Below, one piece after another: positions 10,070 through 20,152 of a stretch of 38,730 bases of DNA; the stretch's first letter is position 1; every line of letters starts with the position of its first letter. The notes beneath the pieces are model-generated. The model was given only the letters and a program-made list of their open reading frames with translations. It ran no database searches and was not told the origin of the DNA. Both the position numbers and the translations under genes were made by a program. Source of the DNA: a virus (lineage: Duplodnaviria > Heunggongvirae > Uroviricota > Caudoviricetes); IMG/VR virus record IMGVR_UViG_2778261630_000007; one strand, 5' to 3'.

Positions 10070-11185
10070 TTAAATCCCTGCTTTTCTGAATACCTGTGCA
10101 TCACGCTCACGGAGTTGCTTCAGCGTCAGCCATTCGCCTTTATCGGTGTAAAATTCATCTGGCGACATACCACCATCCCGAATCAGCTTTGCCCGGGTTT
10201 CCCCCACAATCTGTTTTTGTCTGGTGTAAGGCTGACGCAAAAACCATTCCCTGTAGGTTGTATCTCCGGCCACCACGCCATCCATGCTGGCCCGCTCAGC
10301 CGGGGAAATATCACGAACATCAATACCCAGTTCCTTCGCTGATTTCAGAATGAACGTTTCCGTTGAGCGGCAGCAGAAATGAATTTTTCCCGGCCCCTGC
10401 AAATAAGGCACGCTGTGACCTACAGGTTTATTATCCAGCGTATATTTGAGGCGATCCCTGATTCGACATTGTGGCGTAGTACGATTATCAAGCGTTGATA
10501 ACCATTGCTTACCCTTAATCAAATCATTATTCGCGCGTGCAAAACTCTCACGAGCAGTAGCAGCAAGATGTCCAACCGCTGTTTTTGCAATGCTGGCCGC
10601 ATTAGCCCGGCTCATCTGCAATGCACCATCCTGAAATCCCTTACTGACATGTCCCCGAATTTTTCTTGCGATCTGCTCATTGGTATCCCCCAGCAAAAAA
10701 CCCTGACGCACCGTATTTGTTATGCGTCTGAGCCGATCCGCCTCAAGATCTGAGGCCCACTCACTGAGCAGTCGTCCCTGGAATGGTCGCGCCATTGCAG
10801 CGGCGTAAAGTGCATCAGAAGAGATACCAACCAGAGGGTGAACATCAGCAACAAAATCAGGTAGCAGAGAATCAAACAGACTTAACTGATAACCAGCCTC
10901 ATAAATTGCCAGCTCGTTCAGCTCTCCGGAGAGACTGGTAAACATACTGTTAATAGCAGCGCGGTTAACCTCTCTGACACTCGCCAGAAGTGACTCCAGG
11001 CGCGTAACGGTAAAACTACCAGGATCGAGGCTGTCCAGTGCTACCAGCAGGCGAGCTGTAAGCTCCGCATCGCTGTCATTCAGTATTTTCACCATTCTGG
11101 CAGCCACACCAGTGCTATAGCGGGATATCCAGACTGCATGAGCAATTGATTCATCACGCAGCCGTTCATTCACGGTTTGCATCAT
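10070..11185 (-). CDS. head morphogenesis protein (Mu gpF / SPP1 gp7 family)
   Basis: 371 aa with the motif ...STLDNRTTPQCRIRD... typical of the Mu F-like minor head protein family; directly follows the portal gene. Confidence 0.75.
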   Translation of the reverse strand: MMQTVNERLRDESIAHAVWISRYSTGVAARMVKILNDSDAELTARLLVALDSLDPGSFTVTRLESLLASVREVNRAAINSMFTSLSGELNELAIYEAGYQLSLFDSLLPDFVADVHPLVGISSDALYAAAMARPFQGRLLSEWASDLEADRLRRITNTVRQGFLLGDTNEQIARKIRGHVSKGFQDGALQMSRANAASIAKTAVGHLAATARESFARANNDLIKGKQWLSTLDNRTTPQCRIRDRLKYTLDNKPVGHSVPYLQGPGKIHFCCRSTETFILKSAKELGIDVRDISPAERASMDGVVAGDTTYREWFLRQPYTRQKQIVGETRAKLIRDGGMSPDEFYTDKGEWLTLKQLRERDAQVFRKAGI

Positions 11186-12572
11186 TGATTTCCATCAGCA
11201 TTACACTCTGATTTTTTAATTCATCGATCACTTCCTCTGGACGGGAATCCTGATCGATAAATTTCAACGCCTGCAACACCCGAACCGCATCAATCTGACG
11301 TATATCACCGCCCTGACGCAATGACTGAACAGCCAGCGCGGAGGATGAGTCAAACACCTGGGCAGATACATCCAGTTCAGTGCGCACATCCACATTGCCA
11401 CCGCAACTCTCTCCGCTCCATTCCGCCATTATCTGGAGAATATTATCGAGGGCATCTTCGAGGGAGTTCGCCATTGTATAAAGCGGCGAGTGTTCCTGCA
11501 TCCGCTCTTCATTAGTCTGATCAACAGATTTGGTGGATGTATTTTCAGCCCGCAGAAGTTTAGCGCCAGCATGACGCATCTGATTTTCCAGCTTCTCAAG
11601 TGATGTTTCGCCAGATTCTATCGCTGCGCCACTATGTTCAACATATTCGAGGCCATTTTTTGTTCTGTCCTCAAAAATCGTAGCGGTGGATGCACCAACC
11701 GTCAGTTCTTCATTCCTGTCCAGCCCGTAGGCCACCAGCAATGGAACGCGGGCAACATGAAGAATATTGTCCTGCTCGCTCTGGCTTTGCCAGTGCTTGA
11801 TATTCAGCAAGCCAAGATTAAGCAATGGCGGTGTACCACGCATAAACCCTGTTTTCTTCGTATACAGTGTTACCAGAGGAATATCATCACGGCTGGTATT
11901 CCATGACTCATGAAGCGTCCAGACAGATTCGCCATTAGTACCTTCGCTGCGTCGATAAATTTCAACTCGACGGGGCATAATATGGCGGATCTGCTCCACC
12001 TTCTTCTGCCCGAAATCATCACCATCAATAATGATGACCTCTTTTATACGCAAATCAGTGAGAACAACTTTCCCTTTTTCAACTTTCGATTTCCATCCAA
12101 TAACCTGGCGTGGATTCAGCATCGTAACGTACGGGCGACCACCGGCCGCGTTTTCATCGGCTTTTGTCCGAATCTCTTTCATATCCGTTCGTGGATAGTC
12201 CACCAGCGCATGTGCCACACCATACTGAAATGCGAGACTGAAAAATTGCTGCGCCCACACATCCAGTCGGCTCCCCTCCATGTCGATATTTTCTGCATAT
12301 TCCCTGATTTTTTCCGGCGTTTCCTCACTCAATACTGTCGGCTCTGCAAATATGCGCCCAATATTTTGTTTGATGCTTTCTTCATACACAGGAAGTAGCG
12401 TAGCCACAGACAGGCGTTTTTTATAAGCGTCTTCATCTTCATTAGGCCATTTGGGGAGATAATTTTCCCCCTGCCTGCGCATTTCAAGCGTACCGCCCAT
12501 CAATGCGTCGTTAATATCCCACGCCTCCAGCATATCGTTATAGTCGAGGTTGGGTGTTGATATATCAGCCAT
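11166..12572 (-). CDS. portal protein
   Basis: 468-aa ORF immediately downstream of the large terminase gene; size and position typical. Confidence 0.8.
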   Translation of the reverse strand: MADISTPNLDYNDMLEAWDINDALMGGTLEMRRQGENYLPKWPNEDEDAYKKRLSVATLLPVYEESIKQNIGRIFAEPTVLSEETPEKIREYAENIDMEGSRLDVWAQQFFSLAFQYGVAHALVDYPRTDMKEIRTKADENAAGGRPYVTMLNPRQVIGWKSKVEKGKVVLTDLRIKEVIIIDGDDFGQKKVEQIRHIMPRRVEIYRRSEGTNGESVWTLHESWNTSRDDIPLVTLYTKKTGFMRGTPPLLNLGLLNIKHWQSQSEQDNILHVARVPLLVAYGLDRNEELTVGASTATIFEDRTKNGLEYVEHSGAAIESGETSLEKLENQMRHAGAKLLRAENTSTKSVDQTNEERMQEHSPLYTMANSLEDALDNILQIMAEWSGESCGGNVDVRTELDVSAQVFDSSSALAVQSLRQGGDIRQIDAVRVLQALKFIDQDSRPEEVIDELKNQSVMLMEINDANRE

Positions 12573-12574
12573 AA

Positions 12575-13885
12575 TTAAATCCGAAGTGATGTGACTCTTC
12601 CGGTCGGTTTGACAATAGGGAATTGCTTAACGATGAAATAACCTCCGGCATCATTCGGGTGATCATTGCCAGATTTTTTATCAGGCTCCCCCTTATCATC
12701 CCAGACCTGTTGCTCCAGAGATTCGGCATATACCGGACAACGCTTCACATTAACTTTATAGCGACGCTCACCATTGGCATTGCAGAACATTGCATTCATT
12801 GAGTTAACGCGATCTTTTACTGGCGGGTTCGAGCTGTTCACCACAACGTTAAAACCAGCCTGCTTAAGCTGGGCTATATCCGTCGTACTTGCGTTACTTG
12901 ATTTTCTGGAATCTCCGGAAGCATCTGGATAAATATAAATCTCCCTCACTTTCCGGTAATCATTCCCGTCATACAGCCAGAAGCGTTCTTTAATGATGCG
13001 GATCATATCCGGCGTATCGTAGGCATTGATGATTTCAGTTACCGCACATGGAAGCCCCAAACGCAGCACATGGACGATCCCCGCCATCTTTCCAACGTTA
13101 AAATCCATCCCAATATAAATCGGCTCCCCTGGCTGCTCCACTTCTTCGCAATTATTCAGTTTCCGGTCAAACTGATGGTAAACAGTACCACTTGTCAGGT
13201 TAGTAAACTGTCCTCGAAGATAGGCTTTAATCAGCTCTGGAGGGTATGATTCAAGAAGCGAAGGAATGTAATCTGCTGGCAGGTTCTTTTCATTATCGAA
13301 AGTAGATGCCTGCACCAGACCATACAGTGAGGCCAGCTCTGTTTTTTCACGCACGGCTTTAACAAACTGCTCGTAGACAAATTTGAATCCTTCCGGCGTG
13401 GTTGTAACGTCAATACCGTTGCGAAGTCCATCAATCTTATAACGCATACGCGCAATTATCTTGCGCCACGCCGTTCTGGCTTTTTCCTTCGGCAAAATGT
13501 CCAGTTCATCCACCAGCGCATTACCAATTTTGAAACCGACGATCGTTTGTGGCTTCTCCATCGATCTGCAGATAGTGGTTCCCCGATACTGGCGTCCGTA
13601 ATAAAAGTGAACCTCTTTATTTCCCTCATTAATTTTTACGTTCAATCCCCAGTCAGCAGCAACTTCTTCCACTGTAGGGTAAAAAATATCGCGAATTTGG
13701 GGATACGTTGGCGCAAAATATCCCTGATTTATACCTGGATGCTCCCAAATCCCCTTGCATATGCCGCCACACCCAACCCATGTTTTGCCCGAGCCAAAAC
13801 CAGCAATATAGGCTTTAAATTTATGGGGCATTGAAAGAAATCGCGCCTGAGGCACATTAAGCGTCGGAGAGATCATCTTCATCAC
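12575..13885 (-). CDS. terminase large subunit
   Basis: 436 aa with an N-terminal Walker A-like FGSGKT motif; followed by the portal gene. Confidence 0.85.
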   Translation of the reverse strand: MMKMISPTLNVPQARFLSMPHKFKAYIAGFGSGKTWVGCGGICKGIWEHPGINQGYFAPTYPQIRDIFYPTVEEVAADWGLNVKINEGNKEVHFYYGRQYRGTTICRSMEKPQTIVGFKIGNALVDELDILPKEKARTAWRKIIARMRYKIDGLRNGIDVTTTPEGFKFVYEQFVKAVREKTELASLYGLVQASTFDNEKNLPADYIPSLLESYPPELIKAYLRGQFTNLTSGTVYHQFDRKLNNCEEVEQPGEPIYIGMDFNVGKMAGIVHVLRLGLPCAVTEIINAYDTPDMIRIIKERFWLYDGNDYRKVREIYIYPDASGDSRKSSNASTTDIAQLKQAGFNVVVNSSNPPVKDRVNSMNAMFCNANGERRYKVNVKRCPVYAESLEQQVWDDKGEPDKKSGNDHPNDAGGYFIVKQFPIVKPTGRVTSLRI

Positions 13886-14951
13886 TCCTTACTCTGGCAT
13901 CAACCACATTAATATTGATCGCCACAGGCTGGGGATGTTCATTATCTTCCACCGTTTCGATCTCTTTGCGCAGCTTCTGGTTTTCCATTCTGCGTCGTTC
14001 AATTTCCAGTTCCTGTAGCCGCTTATCTGCACATAAAGCCCCGCCAGCAGAAAGCAAACGCAACAATTCACGCCGGGCGGCAGCCTTATCCTCCAGCAGG
14101 ATCTCAACACCGAATTTTCCGAGTTTTGCCCCTGCATATAATTGCCGCGCATCCCCATCAAGCAGAGTGGTATCAGCCATATAAAGCTGTCCCGTTCCCT
14201 CACCGCAGCACTTCGGGCAGTCCGGATTGGGTATGGCGTTATCAACAAAGCCGAGGCCTCCATATTCCGGTTCGGGTTTGCCATCTCTGGAAGCCTGCGC
14301 CGCTGCCTTGTCGAATTCTGCTATATCGCGCCACTGGTAGAGATGATTCTCGCCCCAGCAATAACGGCAGTTAACACGGCGAAATTGTGCAAGCTGATTG
14401 GGGTCGGCCAGGACAATGGCCATCAACTGACTCACCAGTAAATCCAGGTCTGCGGTATAGCGTTTCTGGTACTGATTGCGGAAGTAGCTGATAGCGCGAA
14501 AAACCCTGGCATTTCTAAGCATACGACTGGCGTTGCTGTTAGCTGTCGCACCTTGCCCCTCATAACCGGCTAGTCGGTACGCCTCTGTCGGCTTTTTCCC
14601 CTGAGCAACAAGCATCGCAAACTTAGCCTGCTGGTCAGAAATGCCGAATTCATCGGGACAGAACGAAAATTCCTCCGCGTCGCCCTCATTCAGGCCCGCA
14701 TCGAATACTGGCTTTTTTTCCTGAGATTTTTCGTTCCGCTTTTGTGCAGTCTGCGCAGATTTTTTCTGCGCACTTTTTTGCGCAGTTTTGCGCATTTCTG
14801 TCTGCGCATTTTTCGGAGGTTTTTTGATGTAACGACGGGCTGTTGCGTAATTCAGTCCCCTTGCTTCACACCATGCCACCGGAGATATACCGGAGCGGGT
14901 GTATTCAGCAATATACTCCTGCTGCAACGCCCCCCAGTCCGGTCTGCTCAT
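13857..14951 (-). CDS. terminase small subunit
   Basis: 364-aa ORF immediately upstream of the large terminase with 29-bp overlap; N-terminal HTH-like region and Lys/Gln-rich linker. Confidence 0.7.
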   Translation of the reverse strand: MSRPDWGALQQEYIAEYTRSGISPVAWCEARGLNYATARRYIKKPPKNAQTEMRKTAQKSAQKKSAQTAQKRNEKSQEKKPVFDAGLNEGDAEEFSFCPDEFGISDQQAKFAMLVAQGKKPTEAYRLAGYEGQGATANSNASRMLRNARVFRAISYFRNQYQKRYTADLDLLVSQLMAIVLADPNQLAQFRRVNCRYCWGENHLYQWRDIAEFDKAAAQASRDGKPEPEYGGLGFVDNAIPNPDCPKCCGEGTGQLYMADTTLLDGDARQLYAGAKLGKFGVEILLEDKAAARRELLRLLSAGGALCADKRLQELEIERRRMENQKLRKEIETVEDNEHPQPVAININVVDARVRSDEDDLSDA

Positions 14952-14954
14952 CAG

Positions 14955-15206
14955 TTAGTCCTGATTTTTATCCACCCTGAGTAGTTCGCGCAGAGCAAAG
15001 GCATCCCCTTTTCTGGCAAGCTTAAACAATGCCGCTCGTAACTCGGCTTCACCTTTCGCTCTGCCCTTACGGATGGCCGCATAAAAATCTGTCATTGCTT
15101 CCCGATTTTCTTTCAGTCGGTTCAGATCAACATCCAGAACGTCAGCGATTTGTTGTGCAGTCATCCGGCACGCTGCCAGAGACTCGACTTTCGAATACGG
15201 AATCAT
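14955..15206 (-). CDS. hypothetical small protein, possible HTH
   Basis: 83-aa ORF between the glycosyltransferase-like gene and the small terminase; start preceded by GGGTGA. Confidence 0.45.
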   Translation of the reverse strand: MIPYSKVESLAACRMTAQQIADVLDVDLNRLKENREAMTDFYAAIRKGRAKGEAELRAALFKLARKGDAFALRELLRVDKNQD

Positions 15207-16074
15207 TTGTCACCCCTATTGATATGCAGGGTGTCTTCTTCCTGTATTTTTCGTGAAGGATTTTTACTGCAGCGTTGTTCCAGGTGACCTGATGGTGAAT
15301 GCGTTTATGGCTGGCACCCATCAGTGAGATTTTTACGCACGACGGCGCATACATGACGGAGTAAAAACTTTTAACGTAGGTTCCGGAATCCAGATACAGC
15401 TCGGTCATTCCGCCGCTGTTTTTCTGCGTCTGTTTCTGCCCTAACTGGACAGCACCGATCGTCATAAACAATTCACCACAGCGACCGAGATTCGTGTACG
15501 TATTCACATCCTCGTTAATGCGCCCCATGAATGAGAACGGTCGATCAACCGAACAGATAAAGCTGTTCATTGCCTTGCGTTTCACCCACGAAGCATGGCC
15601 GCCATTGTCACCAAGAAAATCCCCGCCCTGCGACATAGCGATGGAAAGAGCAGGTATTGATTCGTAGTACGCCAGCATTTCAGAAAGGAGCGCATCCAGT
15701 TTCCTTATCGGAAAATAGGCCTGGTCATAGTTGCGATCCACCCGAAACTGGAACTCGTGATAATCATCATCGAGCTGAATGAAGTATTTACACCCGACCA
15801 GTTTTGCCAGGTCGAAACAGGCATTACGGGCGTAAAAAATTGAGCGGCGGTCACCGAAATTATCGGCTTCGTCAAAACGACTGGCGATATCGGCTTTGGA
15901 AAACACCAGCACCTGTTCACCAAATTCAGCCATGTACTGATGCCGTGTCTTATCTTCATCATCAACAACGATAAAAATTTTCCCGGTATAGCCAGCACGA
16001 CGCAACGTCCGGTAAGTCAGAACTTTGTCCGGTCGCCCGTGAGTCAGAATAAAGGTGCAAAAATCATCACGCAT
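15142..16074 (-). CDS. GT-A fold glycosyltransferase-like protein (soluble, DxD motifs)
   Basis: ATG at 16074 preceded by GGAGGAGGAGG; N-terminal FCTFILTHGRP strand, KIFIVVDDEDK and IQLDDDYHEF motifs match the GT-A / GT2 pattern; no hydrophobic segments. Start overlaps the ParB-like gene stop by 8 bp. Confidence 0.6.
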   Translation of the reverse strand: MRDDFCTFILTHGRPDKVLTYRTLRRAGYTGKIFIVVDDEDKTRHQYMAEFGEQVLVFSKADIASRFDEADNFGDRRSIFYARNACFDLAKLVGCKYFIQLDDDYHEFQFRVDRNYDQAYFPIRKLDALLSEMLAYYESIPALSIAMSQGGDFLGDNGGHASWVKRKAMNSFICSVDRPFSFMGRINEDVNTYTNLGRCGELFMTIGAVQLGQKQTQKNSGGMTELYLDSGTYVKSFYSVMYAPSCVKISLMGASHKRIHHQVTWNNAAVKILHEKYRKKTPCISIGVTNDSVFESRVSGSVPDDCTTNR

Positions 16075-16858
16075 ATTCCTCCTCCTCCCCACCATGCATG
16101 ATCTCCACCATGCGCTGCGTCATCCGGACAAATCCATTTTCAATAGCCTGCTGATAATCAATGATCACCAGCGCCGACTCCTCGAAAAAACACTGAATTT
16201 CAGCGGGGGCGTGAGCGTAATAGTCCGCAATTCTGCTGAAATTAAACACCGTGTGACGTTCTGCCGCACACAGGAGGAATTTCTCAATATCAGGCTCAAG
16301 GGACGCCGAACGTATCCGGCTGATCAGCTCCTGTGTTTTCGTATCGTCGTACAGTTCACTGATATCCGGTTTACCGCCCGACGGCTCATAAACAGGCGTA
16401 TCAATTTTCGTCGTATACGGCTCCTCCTCATTTCCTGTACCGGGCAAAACATCCGTCAACAGTTCATCAATTTCTGTCGGGCTGAAGCCTGTCAGGGAGA
16501 CATCAAAATCAGCATTGATCAGGTCCGACAGCTCCATCCGTAACAGATCTTCATCCCAGCCAGCATTCATCGGCAGGCGATTATCTGCCAGGCGGTACGC
16601 CTTTTTCTGCTCATCCATCAAACCAGACATAACGATGACCGGAATGGAATCCATTTTGAGCACTTCAGCCGCCATAACGCGACCGTGACCAGCAATAATT
16701 TCGCCCTTTTCATCAATCAGCACCGGATTAGTCCAGCCGAATTGCTTAATGCTTTCTACCAGTTGTGCCACCTGCTCAGGGCTGTGTGTCCTGGCGTTGT
16801 GTGCATACGGAGACAGTTCTTGTAAAGGGCGATAGACGATCTTCAATTTCTTGCTCAT
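16067..16858 (-). CDS. ParB N-terminal domain (ParB/Srx-fold nuclease-like) protein
   Basis: N-terminus YRPLQELSPYAHNARTHSPEQVAQLVESIKQFGWTNPVLIDEKGEIIAGHGRVMAAEVL is a typical ParB-NTD with GHxR motif; followed by an LTGFSPTEIDELL linker as in phage ParB-methyltransferase fusions. May correspond to the full-length form of the K-12 ynaK remnant (uncertain). Confidence 0.7.
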   Translation of the reverse strand: MSKKLKIVYRPLQELSPYAHNARTHSPEQVAQLVESIKQFGWTNPVLIDEKGEIIAGHGRVMAAEVLKMDSIPVIVMSGLMDEQKKAYRLADNRLPMNAGWDEDLLRMELSDLINADFDVSLTGFSPTEIDELLTDVLPGTGNEEEPYTTKIDTPVYEPSGGKPDISELYDDTKTQELISRIRSASLEPDIEKFLLCAAERHTVFNFSRIADYYAHAPAEIQCFFEESALVIIDYQQAIENGFVRMTQRMVEIMHGGEEEEYA

Positions 16859-16875
16859 ACAGCCTTGCTTTATGA

Positions 16876-16909
16876 ATAAAACGCACCCCAGCAGCCAGTG
16901 CTACTGGGG
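16876..16909 (-). terminator. putative intrinsic terminator downstream of trkG
   Basis: Minus strand 10-bp stem CCCCAGTAGC / GCTGCTGGGG with 4-nt loop, followed by TGCGTTTTATTC. Confidence 0.5.
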
Positions 16910-16995
16910 GCGGAGGTGTTGCTGGTAAAGTTAGGTATTGGATCAATGAGTGAGTCAATATAATATTAAACTCACAATTATAAATCAGCCATATA

Positions 16996-18453
16996 TTAGG
17001 AGCGCCAAAAAAAACCTGAAAACAATATAATAACAGGATAAATTTCAAGGCGACCAAGAATCATAGCTATGCACATTAAATATTTTGCGATGTCATTAAG
17101 CACTCCGAATGACGATGCAGTAGCCCCAAAACCTAATCCCATATTATTAATACATGCAGCCACTGTTGCAAATGATGTAAGAAAATCATATCCCATACCA
17201 TTTAACACCAGTATAAAAAACACCGTGAAGAGAGTATAAAGAAAAAAGAAACTCCATACAGACCTCATTACACGATCTGTAACTATCTTCCCTCCTACAT
17301 TTACACTCAACAACGCTCTGGGATGAGAAAGCTGGTTTATCTCGTGTTTGCTTTGTTTGAAAAGTATAAGAAATCGAAGTGACTTAATTCCACCACAAGT
17401 TGAACCTATACATCCCCCAAAGAAACTTGACAACAGCAAAAACACTATCGTGTGCGTGGGCCAGTTTGCATAATCCTGCGTAGCTAAACCATTATCAGTG
17501 AGCATGGAGCTGGCAAGAAAAAACGAATGAATAAAACTTCCAGGCAAGTCATACATACCTATATGCCAGACCTGGAAAGAGGTAACAATGATCACCCCTA
17601 AGGCTATTAACAGAAAGAAACGAAGTTCAATATCTCTGATTAAAGGTTTTAACGTTTTCCTGCTAATAACAATATACCAAAGGGTGAAGTTGAAAGCCGA
17701 TAGCAGGGAAAAAGAACCAGCCACCAGCTCAACCAAATAGTTATTAAAATATCCGATACTCTCGCTATGAGTTGAGAAACCACCAAGCGAAACTGTGGAT
17801 ATCCCGTGACAAATAGCATCAAACAAAGGCATTCCTGCAAGTCTATAACAGACAATACAAGCAATACCTAATAAAGAATAAGTTATCCAAAGTGTCCGTG
17901 ACGTATCGGCCAGGCGGGGAGTAAGTTTGTCATCCTTAAATGGCCCTGGCATTTCTGACTGATAAAGCTTTGCACCACCAATACCCAATAATGGCAATAC
18001 AGCAACCGCCAGAACAATAACTCCTAAGCCACCTATAAAATTTAACTGTGACCGATAGTACAAATATGCCCGAGGTAATGAACTAACATCATCAATTACA
18101 GTTGCTCCTGTTGTTGTTATTCCAGAAACCCCTTCAAATAGAGCATCAATAAACGTTAAATTAAGTTCTGAGTCAATCCATAAAGGGAATGCACTAATAA
18201 CAGAAAACAAAATCCAAAACATTACAATTATAATAAACCCATCACGGGTACGTAATTGAATACCAGATTTCTTAGTTGTATACCACGCTCCGCCACCAAT
18301 GCAAAAAAATATAACGAAAGTTATAAAGAAAACGAACAGGCTTTTTTCTTTATAAAACAATGCTACAACCATTGGTGGCAACATTGAAAGACTATAGAGC
18401 CAAACCAGGAACCCACACATATGAGTAACAACTCTTACATGAGATGTATTCAT
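16996..18453 (-). CDS. trkG: TrkG potassium uptake protein (TrkH/TrkG family)
   Basis: Polytopic membrane protein; sequence from MNTSHVRVVTHMCGFLVWLYSLSMLPP... matches E. coli TrkG as recalled; markedly AT-rich; trkG is a known Rac prophage cargo gene. Confidence 0.85.
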   Translation of the reverse strand: MNTSHVRVVTHMCGFLVWLYSLSMLPPMVVALFYKEKSLFVFFITFVIFFCIGGGAWYTTKKSGIQLRTRDGFIIIVMFWILFSVISAFPLWIDSELNLTFIDALFEGVSGITTTGATVIDDVSSLPRAYLYYRSQLNFIGGLGVIVLAVAVLPLLGIGGAKLYQSEMPGPFKDDKLTPRLADTSRTLWITYSLLGIACIVCYRLAGMPLFDAICHGISTVSLGGFSTHSESIGYFNNYLVELVAGSFSLLSAFNFTLWYIVISRKTLKPLIRDIELRFFLLIALGVIIVTSFQVWHIGMYDLPGSFIHSFFLASSMLTDNGLATQDYANWPTHTIVFLLLSSFFGGCIGSTCGGIKSLRFLILFKQSKHEINQLSHPRALLSVNVGGKIVTDRVMRSVWSFFFLYTLFTVFFILVLNGMGYDFLTSFATVAACINNMGLGFGATASSFGVLNDIAKYLMCIAMILGRLEIYPVIILFSGFFWRS

Positions 18454-18590
18454 ATCTAAATATTCTTTCAATTATAACCACCTTGCTGCAACATTATGAT
18501 TATACTGTATAAAATTTAACTCCTCTTAGATCTTACTTCACTGTTCCTTATGAAACAATCATCAAAATGAATCATATTGTAGTTAAGATT

Positions 18591-19055
18591 TTACTTTAAA
18601 CACTGTTCGGTTATGTATTGCTGAGCACCTTCAAGTTGGGCCTGCATCATTACCAGTCGTTCCCGGAGGGTGAAATAATCCCGTTCAGCGGTGTCTGCCA
18701 GTCTGGGGGAGACTGCATTATCCACGCTGGAGGTGGCGGTGGCTTCACGCACTGACTGACAGACTGCTTTGATGTGCAACCGACGACGACCAGCGGCAAC
18801 ATCATCACGCAGAGCATCATTTTCAGCTTTCGCATCAGCTAACTCCTTCGTGTATTTTGCATCGAGCGCAGCAACATCACGCTGACGCTGCTGCATGTCA
18901 GTAATGGTGGCGGTCGCCTGCTTCAGCTCACTGACTTTTTTATCTCGCTGTTCTTTGTAGGCGATGGCGTTATCACGGTAATGATTGACCGCCCACGACA
19001 GGCAGACGATGATGCAGATAACCAGAGCGGAGATAATCGCGGTTACTCTGCTCAT
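18591..19055 (-). CDS. spanin inner-membrane subunit (Rz-like)
   Basis: N-terminal TM segment then coiled coil; ATG at 19055 overlaps the endolysin stop (ATGA); follows the endolysin. Confidence 0.85.
   Translation of the reverse strand: MSRVTAIISALVICIIVCLSWAVNHYRDNAIAYKEQRDKKVSELKQATATITDMQQRQRDVAALDAKYTKELADAKAENDALRDDVAAGRRRLHIKAVCQSVREATATSSVDNAVSPRLADTAERDYFTLRERLVMMQAQLEGAQQYITEQCLK
18650..18835 (-). CDS. spanin outer-membrane lipoprotein subunit (Rz1-like), embedded in Rz in another frame
   Basis: 61-aa ORF wholly inside Rz; lipobox VVGC followed by a proline-rich stretch (PPPPP). Confidence 0.8.
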   Translation of the reverse strand: MRKLKMMLCVMMLPLVVVGCTSKQSVSQCVKPPPPPAWIMQSPPDWQTPLNGIISPSGNDW

Positions 19056-19549
19056 TGTTGCCCCCACAAACAGACTTCACGCTCAATCTCACGACGAGTC
19101 ATCAGACCTTTCCATTGCTTACCGCCAGCGTATGTCCAGCGACGTAGCTGGTCACATGCGCCTTTGATATCGCCCTGGTTTATTTTGCGAAGAAGCGTCG
19201 ATGTTCTGAAATTGCCAGCACCCACGTTGTAGACGAACGAGTAAAGAGCGCCGCGCGTTGTTTCCGGTATATCGACTTTGATGTATGGGTTAATTTGTCT
19301 GGCGACCGTGGCAAGGTCTTTATTCAGGAGGGCTTTGCATTCTGCTTCGGTATACGTTTTACCGAGCATGATGTCTTTTCCGGTGTGTCCGTGACATACA
19401 GTCCATACGCCAACGATATCTTTGTATGGTATGTAGCTGACACCTTCCAGGCCATCGTCACCACTTGGGCCAGTGATTAACACTGATGCTATAGCAATTG
19501 CTCCGCCACCAATAGCAGCAGCAACTGCTTTTCGTAATGATGGAGGCAT
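19052..19549 (-). CDS. SAR endolysin (phage 21 R-type lysozyme)
   Basis: 165 aa; N-terminal signal-anchor-release segment [18 protein letters not shown]; near-identical to P21 lysozyme as recalled. Confidence 0.9.
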   Translation of the reverse strand: MPPSLRKAVAAAIGGGAIAIASVLITGPSGDDGLEGVSYIPYKDIVGVWTVCHGHTGKDIMLGKTYTEAECKALLNKDLATVARQINPYIKVDIPETTRGALYSFVYNVGAGNFRTSTLLRKINQGDIKGACDQLRRWTYAGGKQWKGLMTRREIEREVCLWGQQ

Positions 19550-19764
19550 TATTCACCTCTCGCAGCCTTGCGCTTATCTTCTTTAATCTTGAAATAAAGG
19601 TTTGTCAGGTACGTCAGCAGGCCAAATACCAGGCTACCCAGCACACCTATTGCAGCCCACTGTGACGGAGTTACTCTATCGAGCAACTGTAAAAACCAGT
19701 AGCCAGCACTGCCTGCGGAGGTGCCATAGGCGACACCCGTTGTTAACTTATCCATGGATTTCAT
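19549..19764 (-). CDS. pinholin (phage 21 S-type) with dual-start motif
   Basis: From ATG at 19764: [71 protein letters not shown], matching S21; the Met1/Met4 dual start is present. The ORF-track upstream extension is probably not translated. Confidence 0.88.
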   Translation of the reverse strand: MKSMDKLTTGVAYGTSAGSAGYWFLQLLDRVTPSQWAAIGVLGSLVFGLLTYLTNLYFKIKEDKRKAARGE

Positions 19765-20104
19765 AACCCCCACCTCGCAGATGCGGGCGCTGTGTAACGG
19801 AAACAAAAAATGGCCACCAGCGGCCCGTAAAAAACACCCCGTCAAAAGCACCGGCATCCGCAGATGCCCTTTGCGTGGCGTTATTTGATGCGCGCCAGAT
19901 GTGGCGCAAAGAAATGAAATAAGACTTATCGAAAATTAAGGTTAATTTGATGATTTAAACCACTTATGAAGCTTAGTAGTATGAACATGTCCCCAGAAGG
20001 GGGCCAATACTTATTATTCTTCATGGACTTTGTCCCGCGGTCTTAATCCGACGACCGCGCTACTTTTCACCCTCTCGCAAATTGCTATCTAAAGGACGTT
20101 GTCC

Positions 20105-20138
20105 CACGAGTATTCCTGGATGCTCGTGTCTTTTTTTG
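20105..20138 (+). terminator. putative + strand intrinsic terminator, converging on the previous one
   Basis: Plus strand CACGAG-(12-nt loop)-CTCGTG followed by TCTTTTTTTG. Confidence 0.4.
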
Positions 20139-20152
20139 TCTGATGCAGGTAT

